In this document: positions 53,401 through 64,000 of the stretch, in pieces | How positions within the stretch are numbered: position 1 is the first letter of the stretch | Layout: every line of letters begins with the position of its first letter | Assembly (NCBI GenBank): GCA_013265495.1 | Contig: MU058844.1 | Coordinates: 2,273,520-2,337,519 of the forward strand | Length of the DNA: 64,000 bases | Direction of reading: 5' to 3' | DNA from: Vicugna vicugna | Taxonomy: Eukaryota | Made by a program: the position numbers and the translations under genes | The notes under the pieces: model-generated | Told to the model about the DNA's origin: nothing | What the model saw: only the letters and a program-made list of their open reading frames with translations | Database searches by the model: none

Positions 53401-53952
53401 GAATGTTATTTTACTTCGTGTGATTAGAGAAGTACTTGAAGGAAATAACACTTGAATTCAGATCTAAAATGCTTTTTTCAGACCTAAATATTGAAAAGAA
53501 TTCAGTCAAGTAGATGATTCCAAGAAGTATGATTCCAAAAAAGGTAAGGTGAACAACATAGACTGCAGTTACAGATATCACTGCAATGAGGAAGCTTCAA
53601 CTCTCAGATGCCTTCAAATTCTTTAAGTAAACAAACAGAGTCGAATGTAACACTAGTTCTGCCTTCCAGGAAAAACATATCTTAGGTTATGATGATAAAA
53701 TTCCCAATAAAATCGATCACTGTCATTTTCCATTGTGGTTTGGTAGTAGACACTATTTGGAAAGTTTGGATGATCCAACTCCCACCCTCCAAGGCCTCCT
53801 TCCTGGAGGTGACCATCTGACACAGCTCTGGCCAATAAAATGTCAAAGGAAGCGAATTGAAGGGGGCTTCCTAGAAGCTTTTTGCTTTTCTCATGAAGCG
53901 TCTTTTTCTCATTTGTTCTGCACTCTTTTAGGCAGATAACTAAATCCTCTAG

Positions 53953-54264
53953 TTTTCTTTTTTTTTAATTGAAGTATAGTCAGTTACAATGTGTCAATCT
54001 CTGGTGTACCGTGTAATGTCCCAGTCATACATATACATATATATATTTGTTTTCATATTCTTTTTCATTAATTACAAGACATTGAACATAGCTCCCTGCG
54101 CTGTACAGAAGAAATTTGTTTTTTTATCTATTTTTATATACAGTAGTTAATATTTGCAAATCTCAAACTCCCTAATTTATCCCTTCCTCCCCCCTTTCCC
54201 CTGGTAACCGTAAGACTGTTTACTATGTCTGCGAGTCTGTTTCTGTTCTGTAGATGAGTTCATT
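53953..54264 (-). mobile_element. Short lineage-specific L1 3' end inserted in a MaLR-like remnant
   Basis: T-run then aattgaagtatagtcagttacaatgtgtcaa..., the reverse complement of the same 3' end seen at 39330-39383. Confidence 0.85.
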
Positions 54265-55255
54265 AACCTCCAGTTATTTGAGATGAGGAAACGGGAAAAA
54301 GCCAGGAGAATCATGGTGATTCTGGATATCGTTAAGCTGAGGAGCCATCACCAGTAGTTGTCAACCTTCAGATTTCATACTATGTGTAAAAAAAAAAAGA
54401 CCTATATTTAAAGTGTTATTATTTGCATGTTCTGTTACTAGTAGATGAAACATTGCTAACTGACAAGCATGTGCTGTGCTTTGTTCACTTGGTCACTTTC
54501 TTGGGACATCTATTCATTCCTCCTTGGTTATGTCCTCACTTTTATTCTTTTTTTTTCTTCAGTGACAGGAAACTTAAGTTTAGGTAAAAATATTTAGCTT
54601 TATACTTTTGATGCATAATCAGATGTGATGGTTAGTATTGTTTCTTTATGAATGATTTTAAAGTTGTATTTGCTAAACTGTTTCCTTCATGTCCATTATT
54701 TCAATATGGAAAAGAAACATGAATTATGCATATTTTAGATATTTTTCATAGGTGTAGTATTGGTTAACTTTTAGAACTGAAACAGAGAACTGTATCATCT
54801 TAAAATTTGATAGGCTATATATAAAACTGGAGCTGGGAAAAGCCTTTCTCTAGAATTCATGAAATAATATTTTAGTTTGGGTTTCTCATCTTTCCTGAGA
54901 TGATTCTACTTTCACACAAATTGTTGTTCAAGAAGGAAGACTGAGTCTAGAAAGGAAAAACCAACTTTTACTAAAACCAAAAGTTTTTAACATATTTTTG
55001 TATTCTGTATTTGTTAGATAAAATAGGGAGACCCAGTAGTGACAGAGCAATGCCTTGGGAATTCAGAGACCTGAAAGTCAGCATCTTTCTGTGTTTCTTT
55101 TCTTTCTTTTTTTTAAAAAAATAACCTCAAATAGTTTCACTCTCTGTTTAACTTGTTTTAAACATGGTCATTTGATTTGCCTTCTACTAGATGTACTCAT
55201 CCAATGATTTATTTTAAACCTAGAAAAATATTATGCCATCCTCTGTAGAAGAAAA

Positions 55256-55328
55256 TGTGTGTGTGTGTGTGTGTGTATATATGTATATATATTATATATT
55301 AAATGTATTACATATATATATATATATT
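55256..55328. repeat. Compound (GT)n/(AT)n microsatellite
   Basis: Read directly. Confidence 0.9.
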
Positions 55329-55784
55329 ACAGTCACTTATTTACAATCTAGCTGAGTGAATAAATACAGTCTATGTGAGGCATCCTATGCTATGTTTCAT
55401 GACTGGTACTTGCCAAAATAACTATAGGAAATCATAGAGATCTCTTCTAGTCAAGTGATCAGCAAAGATTTCAGAGGGGGTATATTTTGAGCTTTGAGCT
55501 TGACATTTTTGAAGGCATTAAGAGCAGGGATTCTAGAGTAAGACTGCTTATGTTAAGCCTCAGCTCATCTGGAATGGATGCCTACTTATATGTAGATATA
55601 AAAATACATATTTTATAGAGCAAATAAAAATTTAAGGAATATATGGAAAGTCTTCAAACAGTGTTTCTCACGTTATATGAGCTTAAAAGCGTTACCTATC
55701 ATGTTAGTAGGTGGAACATAAGTATAGTGTGCATCAAGGGAAACTGCAAGAACCGATATTTTCAGGAAGACTCAGTGGAGTCTA

Positions 55785-56145
55785 TTGTGCTAGCTTCCTA
55801 GGATTCACTGCCACAACTCAGTGCCACAAACTGGGTAGCTTCGAACAAGAGACATTTATTCTCACAGTTCTAGAGTCCATAAGTCTGAAATCAAGGTGTC
55901 AGCAGGGTCACACTCCTTCGGAAGACTTTAGGGATAGAATCTTCCCTTACTTCTTTCAGCCTCTGATGACGCCTGATGTTTCTATCAATGTTTGTTATCA
56001 TTGAATTTAGGGCCCACCCTGATCTAGGATGACCTCATCTCAAGATCGTAACTAAATTACACCTATGAAGACTTCTTTTCCAAGTAATATCCCATTTACA
56101 GGTTCCAGGTAAACATCTTTTAGGGGCCACCATTCAAGCTAATCC
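55785..56145 (-). mobile_element. MaLR solo LTR, MLT1B/C-like
   Basis: ccacaaactgggtagctt...atttattctcacagttctagag...aagtctgaaatcaaggtgtcagcagg...tttagggcccaccct...ttttaggggccaccattcaa. Confidence 0.75.
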
Positions 56146-59100
56146 ACCTATTTCTAGGAATTTAAAAGTACATAAAGAGGAGCTTTATAATGGAGACAGA
56201 AATATAAGAGGTGGCTTTCAACACCTGAACACAAGGTTAATAATTTATTTTGTAGATATTGGTAAGCCATTGAAAATTTGAGTCAGATGATGAATGCTGT
56301 GATTTAGAAAGATTAATCTGGTGGCAGAATCCAGAATTTGCTGAATGAGGAAGATATTTGAGACAAAAAAACAAACAAGCAAACAACAAAAAAAAACCAG
56401 TTAGGAGGTATGTGTGAAGCTCTGAGTAAAGACTTGGTCAAGGGTTATGATGCTGAAAATCAGAAAAATATTTTATGTAAAAATTCAAAGAACTTGATAA
56501 ATAAATTGCTTGTGAGTGATTAAGAATATTGAACAAGTTAAGGGTTCCTCTCAGAGTTTAAGCATTAGTTACTCAGAGGATGCTAGTAGTATTTCTGAAA
56601 GTAGAATTAAGTCCAGAGTGGGAGCTATTGCGAGGAGAAGATATTTATTTGTGTGTGTGGGACATACTGAATTTTTGCTGGGAATTCAGGACTATATGCT
56701 AAAAAATAAAAAGGACTTGAGATAGGTTTGAGAGTTATTTTTATAATTGTGATATATGAAAAAATGAGATTAGGTAATGTTCCTAAAACAGTTTATGGCC
56801 AAAGGCTTTGAGAAACTCTGTTCAGAGATTATCCTTAAAATACCATATATGGTAATGTTGTTGTTTGGGAACCTGGCTAACAAAAGAAGGAAACTATAAT
56901 TTAACTCTAATCAACCATTCTGCCAAAACAGATCCACATAAGGGAAAATAAATACAACAACTTGCCTCTCTTTTCACTTTTATTGGGCAAATGGTCTGAC
57001 TTCAATTGGCTTTATTTCTGAACTGTAATTACTTCAGTGGCTCTGGTATCTGGTCATCTCAGCATAAGCAGTCTGTCAACATTTTGGGTCATTTCAGTCC
57101 ATCATCTTGATAAAAGTCAAGCCTGACCTCTCCCCCAAAAGTTGTTTTTCTCTTCTCTTGGACAACACACTTGCTTTCCGTTTCTTTGCAGATCAAAAAT
57201 ATTGATTTACCATCCTAATATGACAGCTGATAACAGCTTTGGAACCCCTCTCAGTATTAATATTAGCATATATATGCTTTTCCAATAGAGCAATACCTCT
57301 TTTCATAAAGAAAACGACTCTCCTACCTACTACATTGTTGTTAATAGTTGTATCATCAGAGATAGGAAAAGAAAGTATATAATCTATAAAGCAGAAAGAC
57401 ATAGGTAACAATTCACAAAGAAATGATAAATTACTACTAAAATAATGTCAATGGGTTGGTCAAAGAGGGGAAAAGAAAGTTGGAGTAAGTTTAGCAAAAA
57501 GAAGTAGAAATACAGAGAAATCTTCACCAAGGACATTTATCAGCAGGTATACAGTCAGCAAGCGCTGTCTCAAAGTTAGTGCTTCTGAAAGTGTGATTCT
57601 TGGACCACTACTACCAAAATGAATTTAAGGGCTTGATAAAACAGCAGATAGCTGGACCCTAACTTTGGGGATTATTTTTTTTTTTCCGAGGGATTTCTAT
57701 CTTCTCAGCAACTGTAGAAATATTACTCCAAAGTCATTTGGAAGTAGCCAGCAAAGAACTCCAGCTAGCTGATAGCAATGACCTGAAATAGGCAATCAGA
57801 GCAACCTCTTCTGCCCTCAGGTCATTCTCTGCTGAACAGAAGCTCAGCCTGATGGGAAGCAGGAACCTCCTTTCAGGCTGCAGTCACCCTCAAAAAAGTT
57901 TAAGTGAGCTTCACCTTCAAAGCCAACCAGGTGATCCTAATAGGGCTTTCTAAACCCCCACAGCTCATCAGCAGTCTGGCATTTGTTCAGTAAAGTGGAA
58001 TTCTTTAACTCTTTCAGATCACAAGAAGACAGGGATCTGATTAAAATAAATGTCTCATTTTAGACAATCAATTGCTGTGAAGTCATTTCAGTTAAAGTGT
58101 AAATTAGATTGTGTGAAATACAGACAAATGGGCTTACATTTTGATAGAGTTGGGCAGGAAAGGGGCCCGGAAGGCAACAGATGCCTAACATGATATAAAT
58201 GGGAAGAAACTGGACATGAGGATGAGACATGGATTCAACTCTGGAATTTTATGATGTAGAAAAGCTGTTGATTCTTTTGGATCCTCTGATATTCCCAATC
58301 TATGAAATGGAGACTGGTATCACCAGCATCAGGGTTGCTGCAAGGATTACATATGACAATATTGTCTTGGAACACTCTAGGGGCTCAATAAAAAATGTTT
58401 CTTTTTTGTTTCCTGGATTTGAGAAATGTTTTATCCTCAAGAGGAGACAAATGGTTCAGAAAGTAGAGAAGAATATGATGTAATTATACCTTCAAATCTT
58501 CACATTTTGCTCAATATATGCCATGCAACAGCAACACAGAAAACAACAGGTGGGGAATGATATGACTGACACTTTGAAAAGAGCCTACTCCCATGTATTA
58601 GCATCATGACCTGGTTCTTGTGTGCCACCCAGAAGGAAATATGGGATAGTCAATTGTAGGACAAAGGTCCTGACTAAGGCAGTTTTAAAGGCCAATCTCA
58701 CGAATTTTTTTAAATCCCTTGACTCTCATGCTCCTCATTTACAATATCAGCTAAATGGCTTTTCCTGTACCCAGATCCCCTGAACTCCTCACTCTCTTCC
58801 CACAGTTTAAAAAAACTATTCTGTCCATCTGCCTCAGCACACAGCCCCCTCCATAGGTAGGGGAGGTGTACTGGTATCAAATGAAAGACTTTACAAATCA
58901 AATGTCCTACAATTCTAACAATAAATGGAATCTTGGCAATGAATGAGGGTTTTTTCCCCTAGATTTTTAAAGCCTGAAATATCTTTCTCACGTGCTTAAT
59001 GATTTATTTTTTTTTAACAAGGTTGGTTTTATGGAGAGAAAGTCCAGAGGTGTTTCTGTAAACTGATGGGGAGATGCCAGCTTTTTGCCTTGACTCCAGC

Positions 59101-60034
59101 CAAATGTAGTTGAAATTAAATGCTTTAACTACTGGAGGTCATTAAATCAAAGTTTAAAAAAGATTTAGTTGTTTGTGAATATAATACATCAACATGTGGA
59201 AAATATAGTTAAGGGAGGCATCTCATGTTGTTCTTTTATGTGGTTAGGCCATAATTTTAAATGCATTTAATGGTCAAAAAGCCATAAAGGAAAAAGGCAT
59301 CGTTCCTTGAGAGTTTATATTAGGGAACACTGATCTACTTCTGGAAGATACACAAGCCTTGTTAAAGAAGTGTTGATTGAATGGAAATCTGAAATATGAG
59401 TTAACCCAGATACAGAGTTGAGAGCTTTCTGCAGAGAGAAAGCAGCAAGTGTATGGTCCCCTGATGTAGGAAGGTGCATGGTACACGCCGACTCACCTGG
59501 AAGGAGCTGGACCAAAGAGTAATAACTGAGTGCTGATACTGGAAAAATAGGCAAGAAGAACCTGCGTATGTTCTTGCAAGTCATATTATAGATTTTGGTC
59601 TTTCTCTTAAAAGCAAAGAAATTTGCTGGAAGGTTCAAAGCAGGAAATAGACATGATCAGATTTGTATTTTAAAAATACTACTCTAGGCTACTGTGATTA
59701 TAAAAGCAAAAGTAGATAGAAGGAGACCAGGTATGGAATCTTCGCAGGATCCATGAGCAAGAAGCTGGCATCAAGGGTGGAGGAAGATCACTTTAAAACA
59801 AAAAAGGGGGGGGGGGTGGAGGTAGAGATTGTTCTAAGAGCTGTTACAGGGGTAGTGGTTAGAGTCACGCCTTGGATGAAGAGAAGTAAGTGACTTTTAG
59901 AAGCATTTATAATATAATATGTCTTGAAAATTGAATTATGTTGGGGGAATAAGAGAGAGAGATTTCAATAATACTCAAGTTGAACACAGCATTGTAAATC
60001 AACTACACTTCAATTTTAAAAATTAAACTTAAAA

Positions 60035-60540
60035 AAAGAAAAGTCCAGGACCTGATGGCTTAACTAGTGAATTTAAACCACAAGTTTAAAGAGGAACTAA
60101 TATCAATCCTTCCCAAAGTCTTTTAAAGCATAGAAGAGAAGGGGACATATCCCAGCTCATTCTATGAGGCCAGTATTAATCTGATACTAAAGCCAGAAAA
60201 ATACATCACAAGAAAATCATAGACCAACATTCCTTATTAATATAGATAAAAAAATACCATCAACAAAATGCTAGCAAACCAAATCCATTAGCACGTAACA
60301 ATGTTTTTATACCATGACCAAGTGGGATTTATCTGAGGGAAACAAAGTTGATATAACACTCTAACTCAATCAATGTCACAATATTAATATAATAAAGGAC
60401 AGAAACCTCATGGTTATCTCAATAGATTCAAAAAGAACATTAGTCAAAATTAATGATTAAAAATACTCTACAAATTAGGAATAGAAAGAAATTTCCTTAA
60501 TCTGTACTTTCTTAACCTGATGAAAAGCATTTATAAAAAT
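60035..60540 (+). mobile_element. L1 ORF2 (RT region) fragment
   Basis: aaagtccaggacctgatggctt...ctcattctatgaggccagtatt...ccatgaccaagtgggatttat (SPGPDG, SFYEASI and HDQVGFI motifs), decayed. Confidence 0.85.
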
Positions 60541-62409
60541 GTGGTAAGATTTTTATTCCTTTGGACTATGTTGGTGTGGTGCAGAGGAGGGGTATAGCTA
60601 GTGTATTAAATTAAGAATATGCAAATTTTAACTGTTGAAGGGGGAGGCATAAGTCACCCACACAGGGCTGGCAGATAGCTCCCTCAGCATCTGAGTGAGC
60701 TCCCATTTTGGGGAAATGAAAACCCCTGGTCATTTTAATCGATGGTGAAGTTTCAATACATTCACATAAAGAAAGTAAAGTCCCCAGACTTGTTACTTAC
60801 AGATTCCAGAAAAGGAGGTGGGTGGGTGAGGGGATCCAATGAGTTGGGGGAAGGGCAGTCCTCCAACCCAGTTCACACACAAGTGAGCAGGAAAGTGAGA
60901 GCAGGGTGGCAAGCACCTATTACTTACAAGGTGGCTGGGTGGCGGTCACTAACTTTTTGTGGACTCAGCTCTAAGTGGTTAGTTTAAAAAGTGCCCCAGG
61001 AAAAACAAAGGAGAAACTTGTGGTGGGAATCCTAAGCTCAGGTCCTTATTTAAATGTCCAAACTGTGGGTGAAGCACGGTTGTCATACTATAAAATGCCT
61101 AGGCAGCAACTCAAAATAGCTGTTTTCTCATCCCATGTGGACATTCAAATGGAGATATTGCCTAGGCAGTTAGATTACTAGTTTGGAGTTCAGAAGAAAC
61201 ATAAGAGATGAAAGTACACATTTCACCATCATTAGCATTCAGATGATATTTAAAGCCAAGGGACTGGATATAATATATATTGAACATTTTAGAATCTATG
61301 GAGATAACATATTTGGTGGACGCCTTATTGGATATACTGTGGTTGCAAAGATGGGCATAGTTTGCAGTGTAAGTTGGTTGTGATTGTAATAAAACTAAGA
61401 AAAACATTTCATTATGTAGGAAGGCACATGTGAAGGATAATTGATGATTTTGATTTTAGCTATGATGAATTGTATAAGATATAAAATAAGTCTTGTAGAA
61501 ATGTATCAGTAAGCAGTTGGAAAAGAGAGCAAATTTGGAAGAGAGAAAAGGGGAAAATATAAAGATGTTGGTGCTCTCAACCAAGAAATGATATCTGAAG
61601 TTAAGAGATAGGATATAATGTCATGATATCAGCGCGAAAGACTATAGAGAGAATTCCAGATTCATAACTAATTGTGGCTGAATAATAGCATTCCAGTGAT
61701 TGTGGCTGAATGTTACCTTGTATGGCAAAAATGACTATAGATATAATTAAGTTAAGCATCTCAAGATGGAGACATTTTCCTGGATTACATGTTGGACCAC
61801 ATGTATTCTCAAGAGAAAAGGAAGCTGTATGAGAAAATAAATTCTTTGAATAGTAATTTTTATATTTACATCTCTATTAAGTATTCTTATTTGTATATAA
61901 ATGTATATAATATAGATATGACAAATTGTATCAATAAGTTGTTAATGGTTCCATAAATGTTTACGGGAATAAAATAAAATTTAATATACATGAGCATTAT
62001 AGAGATGTACCTGAAATGAACAGCCACTTAGGAAAATAAAACAATATGAAAACTATAAAGAGAAACTTGTAGAAGAGTGATGTTCACAGGAAAGTAGTTA
62101 TCTGTCTTTGTCTTAAACAGAGATGTAACTGAAGTATATTTACTAATGACAAATTAACTGAAAAATCAGCAGACATTATACTTACTAGCTGCCTAATACA
62201 TACTTACATCTGATGCCTGGAGCTACAACAATGGACAAGACAGTTCCTACCATCAAAAAAACAAACAAAAAAATACACTGTAGGGCAGTGTTCCTCCAAA
62301 TGTAGTTATGGACCAGAGGAACCAGGAGCAGAATCATCAGTAGTCCCCTTCAGCCCTATTGTGTAAGAATCTTTTGGGCAGGTCCCAGTATCTACATTTT
62401 TTCCCCTAA

Positions 62410-63790
62410 AAACAGACAATCTTATAACAATTGATTCAGGTGTACAGAAAACTTGGGAAGATACTACAGAAAGTCCCCATATACACCTTACATACTTTCC
62501 CCATTATGCCTCTTACATTAATATGGTGTGTTTGTTACAATTAATGAACCAATGTTGATGCACTATTATTAAGACCATACTTTATTCAGAATTCTTTAGT
62601 TTTTCCTTCATATCCTTTATCTGATCCAGGATCCAGCATTGCATTTAATTGTCATATCCCCTTAGGCTCCTCTTGGCAGGGAATATTTCTTTAACTTTTT
62701 AAAATTCTTGATGACCTTCATAATTTTGAGGCGTACTGGTTAAGTATTACATACAATGTACTGACACTAGCACGTTAAGAATTTATCTGATGTTGTTCCC
62801 ATAAGTAGATTGAGGTTATAGGTTTTGGGAAAGGAAATTGGAGAGATAAATTTCCATTTTCATCACAGATCCAGGGCACATATGATCAACATTATTTATG
62901 ACTGATGTTGATCTTGATCACCTGGCTGGGGTCGTGTTTATCAGGTTTATTCACTGTAAAGGTACTCTTTCCCCCTCTTTCCGTACTGTACTCTTTGGGA
63001 GGAAGTTTCTATGCTCATGCCACACTTAACGTTCATAACTCCCCTTAAGGCAGAGTATCTACATCAATTATTTGAAATTCTTATACGTAGAAGATTTGTC
63101 TGTTCTCTCCTATTTTAATACTTTAATCAAGCATTTATTTATATCAGTATGCATTCATAATTTTTTTTTATACTTTGGACTATAATCTAATGCTACTTTA
63201 TTCTGTTTGTGCAAATCATTTCAGCTTTGGCCACTGGGAGCTTCTTCAATTGTCTTCTATGTCCCATAGTCTCTATTAACATGTTTTTTGTTTCTGTTTT
63301 GTCTTTGTTTTTGTTTTTAGCATTTCCTTACTTTCTGGCACTATGAGTTGCTTGGGGTTCACCTTTCCTGCCCCAACTGTATAATCAGCCATTTCTCTGA
63401 GATACCATGTTTCTTTTTTTTATGGGAAAATGGCATTTGACACCAATATCTCTGTGGTAGTTGCGTTCATTGCATCTGGGGTGTCATTCTTTTAGGTACT
63501 CTCAGCTAACAGAGGACAAAAATATGTATGTATATACATATATCCATAAGTATTCTAATATGTAACTATCTGTGCTAACTGTATTAAGCTAAACATGAGC
63601 TTTTCCCAATGTCTCCAACTTGATTCCAGCACACATGAGTCAGTCTTGCCTCTTCTCCTTGCTTACCTGTAAATTCCTACCCAGCAGTAAGAAACCTGGT
63701 TCCTACCATCCACCATCCATTTCTTTAGTTGTTTAACTCCACTATTCATTTATAGCAGTATCAGAGTTGTTAATCTATACTCCCACCTCC
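62410..63790 (-). mobile_element. Old L1 (L1MC/MD-like) 3' UTR
   Basis: tttgttacaattaatgaaccaatgttgat...gatccaggat...tcagctttggccactgggagc...atcagccatttctc, an antisense L1M 3' region. Confidence 0.75.
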
Positions 63791-64000
63791 TACATTTCTT
63801 AGCAAGCTTTTCAAGTACTTACGCACATCAATGTGATAATGGGTTAATCACATTGAATAAATAATTTCTGAATGTAGTTATATGCACCTTTTTGTCCTTT
63901 TATAAGATAAAAAAAATCTGTCTCCTTAAAAGATCATAATTTTGCATTTTTTATATTTTAAATATTTAATACTGAGTATTAAAATTGAATGTAGTTTATA

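Noticed and set aside
1..64000. tRNA, rRNA, CRISPR arrays or prokaryotic systems
   Set aside because: None seen. The sequence is mammalian, with spliceosomal introns and eutherian repeats.

Overview
Mammalian genomic DNA, AT-rich and repeat-laden. The young L1 3' ends and the absence of recognisable Alu, Bov-A/tA, PRE-1 or Can-SINE suggest a camelid-like artiodactyl (inference). The first 7 kb hold the last three coding exons of EPYC (epiphycan) on the + strand. These are followed by the intronless spermatid gene CCER1 (14323-15573) in a CpG island with a compact CCAAT / RFX X-box / TATA / Inr promoter and several half-CRE sites. The CCER1 frame is broken by one in-frame TGA (14782-14784) directly after four copies of a 9-bp repeat that could form a G-quadruplex, and its last codons appear shifted by a 1-bp insertion. 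CCER1 also carries a HEXIM-like APxNTTQFxM motif and lies between two convergent consensus CTCF motifs. The remaining ~48 kb shows no recognisable gene. It contains L1, L2, MaLR/ERVL and DNA-transposon remnants, including a TSD-flanked L1 lacking almost all of ORF2 and an inverted pair of MER82-like elements. Repeat family names and orthologue comparisons are from memory, not from database searches.
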